Below are positions 11,601 to 23,600 of a stretch of 64,000 nt of DNA, piece by piece. The position numbers and the translations under genes are program-made. Source of the DNA: Convolutriloba macropyga (lineage: Eukaryota); contig NC_134472.1 in the NCBI RefSeq assembly GCF_964194025.1, positions 31,310,001 through 31,374,000 of the forward strand. The letters are read 5' to 3'. The notes under the pieces are model-generated. The model was not told the origin of the DNA and did not search any database. It saw only the letters and a list, made by a program, of their open reading frames with translations. Every line of letters starts with the position of its first letter. The first letter of the stretch is position 1.

Positions 11601-14600
11601 AGTTTCAGTGCATCCCTCTCAAAAAATCAGCGCCCTTCAACGCATCACACAGTTTCAGTGGATTTCAGCGTATTATTTTGCAGGTTTCTTGCGCCGTAAA
11701 TCTTTCAACACAATCCGATGTTATATTAATTATCCACATTTTTGAAAGAAATGTGCTGAAAAACGTTGAATTTTCAGCGCATTTCATACCTAATTTTAGC
11801 GCATTTCCTACAAAACGGTTCATTAATATAAAATCAAATTAAAACATAACCGGCAGGTTGCCGGAAAATAGCCGCCGTTGATTCCCATAACTCAATTGAG
11901 ATTGAAAGAAAATGAAAAAAATTGATTTCCGTAGAAAATTATTTTTAAAGTGCGATTTATTTTGATGTCATTTCGTAGTTGAACATACTCCTGTCTCTCA
12001 GTGAGAGGCTACAGGGTCTAGTATCAAAACCAATAAGCATTATAGATAGTAACTAAAACTTATGAGAACAAAGTTCAAGTACCGGGCATCTAAAAATGGG
12101 CTTTATGGGTTTATCCCGTTTCTATTTCTGACTTCGATATTTTTTATACTGACTCTCTTCATTTTGAATTGCTTTGCTGAGTAGCTGCTGTTTGAAAGCG
12201 CTTTGAGCAGAATGAGAAAAGAGTGAAACTGGTCTAGAGAAGTCAAAAAGATTTCAAGCAAAATGTCGAAGAAGCGGCAAAAATGAGGTAAAGCGAAACA
12301 ATAAAAAACATAGCAGGACAAGTCCTGACGTACAATTCAAATAATTTTCATTGACTAAACAAAAAACTAGACCTAGAGCGGACCATGAGTGAATTGAGAA
12401 AACCCTTTTTAAAAAATCAGATAAAAATTTTAAAAAGTCCATGTCAAAATGCTGCTAGCGCGAACAAAAAACCACTACCGAGAAATTCAAACTTGATTCT
12501 AACCAAAAACTAGGCATAGAATGAAATGTGAATGGATTGGGAAGACCATTTAGAAAAAATCCTATCCAAAAAATTGACAAGAACTAATAATCAAAGTGAA
12601 ATTGCCGCATGTGAACAAAAACCCCTACCGAGAAAGGGAATTTTTGTTCAAACACCGTTTTCTCACTTTAAAATGAGAGCGAAAAAAATTCACGCCGCAC
12701 AACAACTCGCTTTTTCGCTCCATTTCCTGATTCGGCTTGAACATAATCACTACTCTAATTTGACTTCGAAAATCATGAAAATGTGTGAACAGATCTTTAA
12801 AAAAACAGCGCCCCAATACAATTCAAATTCTTTCAATTGTAAAAAGTTCGACCAAGTAAAAAAAAAAATAGGAGCGCTATAATAGCCGGCTGAGAAGATG
12901 AGTGCGGCTATTAATAAGAAGAAAGCCAGGAGGCAGGGGCACAGTATTTGGGCGATAACTAACACACAGGGTTCGAGACCCAGGCAACGTGAGAAGAGTA
13001 TGACAATGAGCTGAAAAATTCGGAAACTTAACGGATTTCTTACAAAAGTTCAATGCATTTCAGCGCATTATATGTACGGTTTTTGCACTATTTTTTGAAA
13101 ATTCAGCGAATTTCACATGATTTTCAGGAAGTTGCTCAACCCGGGTGTACATACAATATTCTATCAAAAAGCTTTCTGAAGTCCTCTCTCTGAAACCTTT
13201 TCAGTGTCATTCTCGAGAAAAACTTTAAAACATAACCGACTAACGTCGGGCGAATTGCTCTCAAACGACCGGCGAGCAATTGACTTCGTCAGTAGCTCGC
13301 CACTGTTTAGTGAGGCTAGCTTTAGCTTGATTTAACTCTGCAATTGTTAATTTTCTAGCCTTTTTAGTAAATCAAATAAAAAACTGATTTTAAGATTGCA
13401 AAATTTAAAAAACAGCTTCCAGATTTCGCAGTGAAAATGTTCAAAACTACTTTTTGTCTCTGGAGGTATGTCAGGTAACCCATCTGCAAGACTTAAAAAG
13501 CTTCGCGGGCCAGTAATGATCGTTAAACTCAGAAAAGGACAAAAATAAAAAAAATTGCAAATTTTAACAAAATCTTCAAGACCTTATTCAAGATAATTCG
13601 AACTCAAACTCAAGATATTAAGAGCTTCAAAACCATCTCCTCGTCTCAAGAGACTATCCAGAGTCCCTATTTCAAGCTTTAAATAGTTTCACTGGCTCAA
13701 AGATTTAAAAAACCTGAACATGATAATTTTCAGAAAATTTTACAGAAAACATTAAATTTTATCAAAAAACTGCTAAAGATGGAGTCATCAAAATATTGAT
13801 AACCATTCCATTAATTCTAGAAACTATGCAACAGTAATCGTCAAACCTTGGAGCAGGACCCTAGGATCCTGGTGCCGGAAAAATTGATAAAAATTCAAAA
13901 AGATTAAAAAAAACTTGAAAAAATTGCATTATTTTTTTAAAACTTGTTGATATTAAAATTTTGAAAAACCTTCAATTACATCCAGAAGCTATGCAGTAAC
14001 TTATAATCAAACCCTAGAGGAGGTTCGCTGGCTCTTGAGGTTGGAGAAACCTAAAAAATGACAAAAAAAATTCCAAAAACTTGAAAAATTGCAAGTTTTA
14101 TCAAAAATACTGGAAAAAGTCGTAATGTTAAAATGATGAAAACCCTTCTATTACCACTAGATGCTCTGCAGTAACCATTTATCAAACCATGGAGGAGCTT
14201 CGCTGGCTCTTGAGGTTTTATAAAAAAAGTGCTTATATTTATCAAATTAAAAAATTGAAAGCTATTACATGGCAAATAAAATTTTTTCAGTAACTTATTA
14301 TCAAACCCTTACGGAAGTTTTCTGGCCCCTACGTCCGGAAAAACGTGAATAATGAAAACTGAATGTCAAAAAAATTGAATAAATTTGCACGTTTTGTCAA
14401 AAAATTTTAAAATTTGTGATATTAAAATGTTGAAACCATTGCACTACCACTAGAAGCTATGCAGTAACCTATTCGAAAACCCTAGACAGGTTCCTTGACA
14501 CCCAGGCCTGAAAGAACTCAAAAAAATGACAAAAATTTGAAAAACTTGAAAAAAACTTGTGCAAATTAGTATAAAATTGCGTGTTTTTAGCGATTGGTTG

Positions 14601-17600
14601 TTCGTCAGTAGCCACCGGAGCTTGGGGGGGGGGGGGGCACTGGGGAGCTGACGGGGAGGGAGGGCGTGGGGGTGGGCAAGTGGGGTGGGGGCAACAGCAC
14701 GGTGGGGGGGGGGGTTGGGGCAATAGCGGGGGGGGGGGTCAACAGTGGGCTGACTTCAACCTCTAAGAACCGCCTTTCACACCATAAGTATAAGTCTCCA
14801 AAACAGTTTGAGCTGAAACAGAGCTGAACGTCTCTAAGAGCACTTAATGACCGCTGGGCGCTACCTGTTTATCCCGTTTTTGAGGACGAAAAGTCAAAAG
14901 CGTCAGACGAAAAATCGGTCAAGCGAAAAATCGCATTAAAAAAGACCCACAGGACTAATATAATTGCCACAAACTTCGTTTGAGAGTAATTAATTACTAT
15001 TTGGATCTATTCCGTTTCTTCCCCAGTGATTTTTATGCACCAACTTACAAATTATGTGTTGTCATATAGCACTATACAGTACATTACTACTTTAAAAAAA
15101 AGCACGTGCGCCTAGGGCATAAAATTTTTATGCCCAATCTGCGGGGCCGAAACCTTATAGACCCTTCTATTTTAATTGAACTGATCCGTAAACAAGTGTC
15201 TCTGATTCAAACTGATTGTCCAAGACAGTACATTTATTTTCTTCCGGCAATCGGTTGGCTTCGGTAGTAGCCAGCTGGTGTCCAGCGAGGGCTGGACGAG
15301 AGTGTGGTCCTCGTCAGATGGAGGAAGGTGGACGGGGGTAGGTTAGTTTGGGGTGAGTGTGTGTGTGTGTTGGGGGGGGGGGGGGTGAATGATTGGGTGC
15401 GTCAAATTTTTAAGATTAAGAACCGCCCTTCACACCATGAAGTTGTCCTTGAAAGTTTCGGTGAATCCAATGCTTAAAGACTAGTAAGGCGTCAATCTTT
15501 TAGAGAGTTGCTCAGTCACTTAATGCCCTCCGGGCTTTACCTGTTTATCCTGTTTTTGAGAACGAAAAGTCAAGAAGGTCGGACAAAAAATGGTCCAGCG
15601 CCAGATCACATAAGAGCAGAGAACTAATATAATTTATACAAACTTCGCCTGAGAGCAATTTAAAAAACTGACCTTGGACCGCTCTTTCACTGCAGAGGAG
15701 ATCGGAACCTTTGACACAGTTGGTGAATGGACGTCGTTTATGATTTCAATCTGTTGAAATAGCCTCTCCGATCTTTTCTTCTCTTTAGGTCCTCCGACTA
15801 GACACAATATTTCGCTGTAACTGCTGTATGCAGTCTCGCAACATACAAGGCGCTTGCCTAAACATTACCAGAACACGGAATTCAGATCTGATTGTCGACA
15901 AATTTGACCATGGAATCAGAAAGCTGATCAAGGCATCAGCTCTCGTACTAATTACAACTATCTTTGATCTCTTTTTTGGACTGCGAGAATACCTGGATTG
16001 GACTGCGATAGAACATGAGACAAACTTCGGAAGAATGTCTCTCAAACCAATAGCGAGTGGTTGGTTTGGCAGTTGCTGGCTTTACCCCAATGATCGTATC
16101 TTCAGTGTGCAGGAAAGTAAGGAGGAGGGTGGCAATACGGTAACGCACTTGAAAGGTGGAGGGGGAATCCAAACCGGCTAAAACTTCCCATCATCACCAT
16201 GAATTTGCGGCCTACACAGTTCGCTGATGGGGGTTCGAGGGGGTGCAGCCCAGTAGGATGGGGGCATAAGACTGAGTTTTTGCGCTTCACACCATGAATT
16301 TATGTCTCCTCAGCTTATTTGGTGAATCACATACTTAGAGATCGGAAGATTCTTAGGAGAAATAATGCCTTCTCAGCCTCATCAAACTAATGCCTTTATC
16401 CTCGTACTTTAAATTATTCGTGCAACAGCATCCAATCAATTAGCTGAAGCTACTAGTAAAAACATGACATCTAAAAAAATCGAATTCAAAATAAAAAAAT
16501 TAACCATTAAAGAACATTTCAACCAACTGATCAAATAAATTACGATTAAATATTAAAGCAACAAAAATGAGCAGATAAAGTCAAAAAAATGAGATATGTT
16601 GACCACAAAGAAACCACAAAGAAAGAATTAAGCAATTTATCATTTAAAAAACAAACAGTCAATAATTATAAAAAACTACACAACAAGAAAACAAGCAAAA
16701 CCAAAATTAACAAAAAGCAAATGACATCAAACTCCGCACAACGTAATGAAAACAGATTAGCAAATCGTCAAAATGTCACGAATATTTTTTTAGAAAAGAA
16801 AACGGTGTTAAGATCATAAAAACCATTGGCTACTTAACAAAAACCTTCGAAAAAATGTCGAAGACAAAAACTTATCTTAAACTGAGAAAATAAGGTTATC
16901 TTCAAAGTGAGGAAGGTCATTTTCGAAATCTTATTTTGAATTAAAGTAGGAAAGGTAATTTTGAAAGTGAGAAATTCATTTTTGAGAAATTTAGCATAAA
17001 AAAGACACGTTTACAATAATGACTTCAAACGTTGTTCGAAAGCAATTAAAAATTACTTAAAACTCACCAAGAACTACGTGAAATAAAAGCCAAATTAACT
17101 TAAAACTCTTAAAAAGCTAATTCAACAATATCTTAATATTAGGATTTCACTGAGGCAGTCTATTTTAGCAGAGTATATATGTTAGAGTCTGGATTAGCAG
17201 TGGGGTCCAAATACTGAAAAGATGCATAAAACAAACCGACAAATGTTGGAAGAATTGCTCTTTGAACGACAGGTGAGGCAATTTAATTCAGGGGCTGTAG
17301 CCTAAACAATTTTTCTTTTTGGGTGCAAAAAACTTGCCCTCAACGGCATTCGAACCATTGCCCTCCCGATCCCTAGTCACCCGCACTACCCACTGCTCTA
17401 TGAGTCACTTATTTTAACTATATTGCAACCGATTATATATTAGCAACAACCTTTACTTCGGAGTGAGAGCAATAGAGATCGCTCAAAAATGATGAACGAA
17501 AGCGTAAAAAGGTCACTTGAGAAGTCAAAGAATGTTCTAGAAGAAAAGCGCAAAATTGTCAAGCAAAAAATTTGCATAAAAATAAAAAGACACACACGTT

Positions 17601-20600
17601 TACAATAATTGCTATGAACTTCGTTCAAGAGCAATTAAAAAGTCCGAATGACCAGACATTTTTGCTTGTGGGTATTAAACCATTGTTAAGGCAAATAGCA
17701 GCCTGTTGTACTACAGCTGTGGGCTTTAATACCACTCACAAGGCATCATAAAATACGCTTTCTTACCTTTTATAAAAGATTCGAGCTCATTCCAGAGTTG
17801 CATATAATGATCGGCCTCGTCTCTAACTTGCATGTTTAACACAGTGCTGTTCGGCAGCACCCAGTCACAGCTGCCATGCGTGATATTAGAACACAAGGCT
17901 AAGATGGTCGATACGTCCAGATTAACAGTTTGGAACTCGTTCAGAAAGGACTGGTTGCGGAAGCGAGTGTTGAGGACGACATTTGAATCATGAAATATAT
18001 CCGATGAATTGGGATCACGAAATGTCACTGTCTCATCTTGTTCATCCTAGAACAAATGAAGCCTTATAAAACCGAACTCAGATCCTGTAGAGAAAACAAA
18101 TGTCTAAGACGAATAAATACGTGTATTTCAGAAGCTTCAAATATATTTCAAAAAATGATTTATATTTCAACGTTATTGTTAAGAGGTCTAAGCAGGTGCA
18201 ACTACTGTGAAAATGGACAAGTATTGGATTCAGCTAATTAATAAAAATCAAGTTGGAAAATTGGACTTTTAAGCTATAATAAGGTATGCCAACATAACCA
18301 ACTAACGTCGGGAGAATTGCTCTCAAACTACTAGCGAGCGGTTGGCTTCGTCCAGTAGTCAGGTGGCGCTTAGGGATGCTAGCATTAGGTGAGAAAGGGT
18401 TGCAGTCAAGCGTTGGGGGGCGGGTCAGTCTAAGAGTGTAGGGTTTGGAGGGCTGGACGAGAGGGGGGTTCAAATCGCCAGGTGCAGGAGTGTGGACGGT
18501 GAAAGTGGTGGTGGGGGGAGGGGTGTGTTTGGTGGACGGGGTAGTGTTGCAAGGGGGTAATTGAGGGGGTCGAACTTTTAAGATTAAGAACAGCTGGCAT
18601 AGGGAGACTAGTTGGCTTAGGGAGAACAGCTGGCTTAGTGAGGCTGGCTTGAGCTTATTGCGAGAGCAAGCGGGATGTTATCAAGTTTGAGGGGGTCAAA
18701 CTAAGAATCGCCCTTCACACCATTAATTTATGTCTTTAAAACGGTTTCAGTGAATCATATACTTAGAGACTAGTGGGCCGTAAGGCTCTAAGAGAACTTA
18801 ATACCCTCCGGGCTTTGCCTGTTTCTCCTTTTTTAAGGACAAGTGGTCAGGCGAAAAAAAAACAATCAGAAAAAATTCGTTAAAAATCTCATAGACCAAC
18901 AGAACTAAGATGATAGTTGCTGCAAAGTTCGCTTGAGATCAATTAAAAGAGAAGTTAGGAACAAAACTGCCTTGCAGTGCCAGTTTTATTCTACATATCA
19001 GCTTTATTCAGATGCAAAGCATACTGTTTTAAAATTAATTCAGCAACAACGTTCATTTAGAAATACGCTCAACCAAAACTGCTCGGAAAAAGTATAGAAA
19101 AACTTTGAACAATTTACTATTTTTACCTCCAATGAATTTTGTATTTGCAAGCTTAATTAAGTAGTTTAATGCAATTAATTAGACCCATGATAGATCTCGC
19201 TATGAATCCGCTGCTATTCGGAAAAGCATTTTCACGTGAGCATACACAAGACAAAATGGAATCGCACCTTAATATATCCAAACACTTTGACATCCATGCT
19301 CTCGATCTGTTCTGCCATCTGGCTAAATACCCCATTGGAGAAGAAACAGGCAACAGTCGGCTGGCGGAAGTATACGGGACATAGCTCAGAGAGTGACAGA
19401 AGCTCCTCCAGCTGCTCTTCCAAACTCCGATGAGACATCTCGCAATCTAAAGTTGAGAGAAGGCTCAGAAATGATAACAAACCAAGTCCTTACAAAAAAA
19501 ACAAATCTGACATAGATCATTCACATTTTGAAATGTCCAGATAGTATCAGCACAGTTTCCGAGCTCATCATTGCGGGCTAAGTTGAGCTGAATAAAAATC
19601 AGAATCGGACAATCTTTTAAAGTAGCCAGTTTCTTCTGCAACAAGAAAGCCTTTGGAATTGTTAATCACGTTTTGCTACACAAATTTGAAAGATATAGTC
19701 TAAAAATAACAATGGAAAAAGCCATTAAAATCACAATTAGCAAAGAATGACAAAAACCCGAAATAAAAGGAATTTCTTTGACTTGTAAATTTAATACAAA
19801 AATCATGTACATCTGGAAAATAAGTAGCAATAGTCAAAGATTCAGTGTTAAACTCACGGGGCATTATGAAGAAATCGAACGCTTGTGTTATGTTTCATAT
19901 TTAGATTAATGGATATTTTACGCTAATTTTCTGGCCACTAGTCATGACAGCTTTGTTAACTTCAAAACAAATAGACAAAACGGTGTATCTCTTTATAACG
20001 CAGAACCGAATGCTCAAGCATACTAACTTCCGGTCCAATTATTCCACAGTCCCTCGGCATTGCGAGCAACAACCTTCACCCACAGGAAACCTTCATTGGC
20101 CACAACATCAATTACAGTTGGAATCTACAGCAACAGAATCAATGATAACTGCCGAACAAGGACTCTAAATCCCAACATTTCTTTTCAAAAACAAAGGAGG
20201 CTTCTTAACTGTAATATCTTTTAAAATTCCAATGGCTAAAACATAGTTGAAATTCCTGCTGCAAAAAACTACAAGAAACTTAACTTTTAATTCATGAAAA
20301 ATAATCCTAGCCCTCACCAGTGCATCCCCGTCAAGCTCATTGTCTTCGTTAGGCTGGAAAGGAGTAAGGAGAGATGTTACAAGAGGGAACAGCTTGGCAG
20401 CAGAACCAACACTCCTCAAGTAGGGCATGTTACTACAACTTACATAGCTGTCCTTCAATTTCCCAGCTGCCAGTTTCTAAAATAAGCATATCATTAACAA
20501 ACAATTTAGGGGTCTTTGCCATTATAACCTCGATGCTTAAAGAGCATAAAAACATAAACCAATATTGTAATTAAACCATTGGTCCGGTCAAGGAAGAAAG

Positions 20601-23600
20601 AAAGAATATATTTCTCCAGGAAAGATAATTACACAGCAACAAAAAACTAAAGTCAGATTAAATAACTCAGTAAGGAACAATGGTGGCAACTACTAACCCA
20701 GAGAGGACAGGCAACGAGGCCCTGGGGCCTACCAAACGCTCACCCTGAGAAATATGCACCAAACGGGAGGAAACAAAAAAACAAAAGGTTTTTTTTGAAT
20801 TTTTCAAGAATTTTTTCCAAGTAACCCCTGGAGTTTTAACTGCAGCATTCTCACCTGCCATAAGTTTTCGATGTCACAAAAGAGAAAATTTTCTTAAGTT
20901 TATTTTATTTCAGTTTATTTTATCTCGAAAAGTAGAAGGTTCTTGAGGGTCAAATTGTTACACATGAAAGTCAGTCCTATTTTGAACATCCTGTAGCATG
21001 CAGGCAAGGGGTCCCTTTTTACAAAACACACTTATCGATGGTAAAAAGGAGCATTTGGTACATTATCCACTAAAAGACAGTTGCTCAGGTCATTATTCCC
21101 AGTTAAAAAACTATCCCGAAAACGATGAACAAAACCGCTGAGTTGGCTGGCAGACAAACTTTCGACATTTTCTGGTAGTATATCTGCTGATAGAAGTGTG
21201 TTGTATAATCTTGCAGATCTGAAGTATATAGAGTTTCTCTTCAGTTTGGTTCTACATAAAATAATCTTTAGAAAACGTTTATATACACTTCTGGTGGAAT
21301 GAGTATTTGCTTTAAAGCAATAAGCGGCGTTAAAAGGAATTTGAACACCGTATACTTTAATCCCAGTTTATTTCTGTATTTCTCTATACGTCCCGGGTGA
21401 GGTCTAACCGCAGGTCAAATTCGAGAACAATAGCAACAGATCAGCACAAGAGAAACAATATTAAATCACGTTGGATGTGGACACACAATGCACATGAAAG
21501 ACTGATGTGGAATGTCAGAAAAACAATCTTTGGTCAAATGGAAATCAGCCAACACATCTTAACTTTGGGCAACAATAGCATGCGTAACAATCAGAAAGAT
21601 GAGTCCATATAAAATTGATAGTTTGGAAAAAGACGTATCGACTAACCAAAGCTACTGTGAAAAGCTCAAAAAAGGACTGAAAAATACCAAAGAAAAGCAT
21701 GACTTTATCATTACGTCGGTCCTGAGTAGAGTTGAAAAAATCACACAAAATAAGCCGAAAAATTAGCAAAGTCTGCATCCCTTCCCAGTACAAAGTTAAA
21801 CTATGCACAGAAGCCTACGATAGAATACGCCTTCGGTGCATAGAGTGGTGACAATGCAAGGGAGCTGCAACAGCGCGATACTCGGAAAGTGAAGGGAATT
21901 TTTGATTTCATAGAGATCTCTTGTCCCATCTGAACTCAAACGAATAGGAAAGTAAGATTACAAAAATGCCGTAGTAGTGAAACTTGTCAGCGAGCACCAA
22001 AAACTACAAATTCTACTCTTCGCAGTTAAATTTGCCAACAAAAAGGAGAAAATACATCAAAGCAAAGAGCTGAACAAATAGTAGAGATCAATGTTTTGAA
22101 AACTAAAAGACGACTCAAAAGGTCTTTACGCCAACTCCTTTAGAATACGAAATTTCAGGCTCCTACAATAGCAAGGCAACGAACGCATAAGTCTAGCAGG
22201 AAAACACAGATCAGGGATGACAAGAAAATCTAAAAAACACTGTCTTTCAACGTTCGCAGCGATGTAAATATCCATAGACATCTCAAATTTTCCAATGAAA
22301 TTGCCAGAAACGATTACAACATTTTGTGTCTAAACCAAACAATGCTTAAACCAGAAATTCTTGATGATGCTGTTTTATCCGGTTGAACAACTGACAGGAA
22401 CGATTGATTGACCCAAAAAAACAACACTAAACACGATGTACCCACAGCTGTACATGGTTTTCCAAGAACTCGAGTCACAAACACCATTACAAAGCGTCAT
22501 AGTTGAACTTAACAAACACGGATTTATCTTTTGTCTGTACAACAAATGATATTAATAAAGAATTTCGGGCCATCCAAGGGAACTTGCCCTTTCCGCCAGT
22601 AGTTTCAGTCAAAGTTTAGTATTTGCATTCATTGCACAAACATGATAGTCTCCATGTACATATGTTTCCGTAGTCAAATTTTTTGTCAAAGTATCTGAAG
22701 TAAACTTTTGTGAGCCGTTATTTGAAGTTCTTCATGCGTTGAATGTCACCGTTGAAATAATTGCCGAAGAGGTTCGCAAGGCACGCTGCTCTCGTCTAGA
22801 ACTCGCTCTCCTGTGTTCGTTTTAGGAGTCTTCTCTTTCTGAAGTTCGTGTTCCCCGCCATTCTAGTTCGTTCGTTCGAATTTTCTTTGAACACGTAATC
22901 CTCCCATTTCATGTATCGTCCCACTGTTTTCGTCCTTGTATTATGTCCATAAACGTGATGCTCAGTAGTTTGCAATTTGCAGGATTCAGCTTAATCATGT
23001 TTCTGGAACACCATTGCCAGACTCTGCTTGCGTCAATCTGAAGTGTCACAGTATTGGTGATAACTACTTTACAACCGTCAGCATAACCGTAACAGCTGCT
23101 CATTATTGTTTCTGGGAGATCGTTGACAAAACAGATTGAAGAATAGAGGCGCAAGGACGCTTCCTCGAGGAACTCAACTCAATACCTGTAATGCTGTAGA
23201 TTCTGTGGAGACTATTTTGACTTTTTGGTAGCGTTCTGTGAGGTAACTCTGTAACAGAGTTAATGCTCCACCAGCAATGCTCATAGCACGTATTTTCTCA
23301 AAGAGCTTTTCATTGCACACCTTGTCAAAGGCTTTCTCAAAACCCAAGTACAGTGTTGCCAGCGTGGTCAGATAAAGCTTTTCGAACAATTCATTGAGGT
23401 ACAGAATCATTTAGTGTCTATATTTCATTTAGTGTAGACTAAATGAAATATAGACAGTGAAGTGCTTGTCTTCATCTTTCAGCAAGTTGTAGATTACACT
23501 CAGGTCGTTTCTCTCTCTCGGGCTCTTTGCTGTACTCTTGGCAACTCCATCCAGTTCTTTCGGTTCCGGTTTGGTAATTTCGATTTGCTTAGGTATCGAA

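Larger units (their letters stand above)
9158..13146. mobile_element. non-autonomous TIR element (CMC/EnSpm-like MITE, ~0.7 kb when intact) interrupted by a HINE and a tandem triplication
   Basis: Perfect 12-bp TIRs acccgggttgag (9158) and ctcaacccgggt (13135); many internal ttcagcg/cgctgaa repeats; 2-bp TSD imperfect (ta/tg), so the superfamily is tentative. Confidence 0.6.

Noticed and set aside
2144-12914. Palindromes ccggcagRttgccgg as rho-independent terminators or CRISPR-like repeats
   Set aside because: Intervening sequence is itself repeated, and the palindrome is always paired with a subTIR, as expected for Helentron-type termini.
1976-12965. Short ORFs within the 600-bp and 1108-bp arrays as a gene family
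   Set aside because: Frames are broken differently in each copy by homopolymer indels; no recognisable domain.
14469-14766. Pro-rich and Gly-rich ORFs
   Set aside because: Translations of the G-rich tract of a HINE.
17334-17408. Functional tRNA gene
   Set aside because: Acceptor and anticodon stems pair poorly; kept only as tRNA-derived.
19480-19640. Extra exon of the C7orf25 homolog after ttgttgcag
   Set aside because: Exons 3 and 4 already join in phase and colinearly with the homolog; this peptide shows no similarity.
20968-20997. Tc1/mariner element from a TACAGGATGTTCAAAA-like end on the minus strand
   Set aside because: No partner TIR or transposase found.
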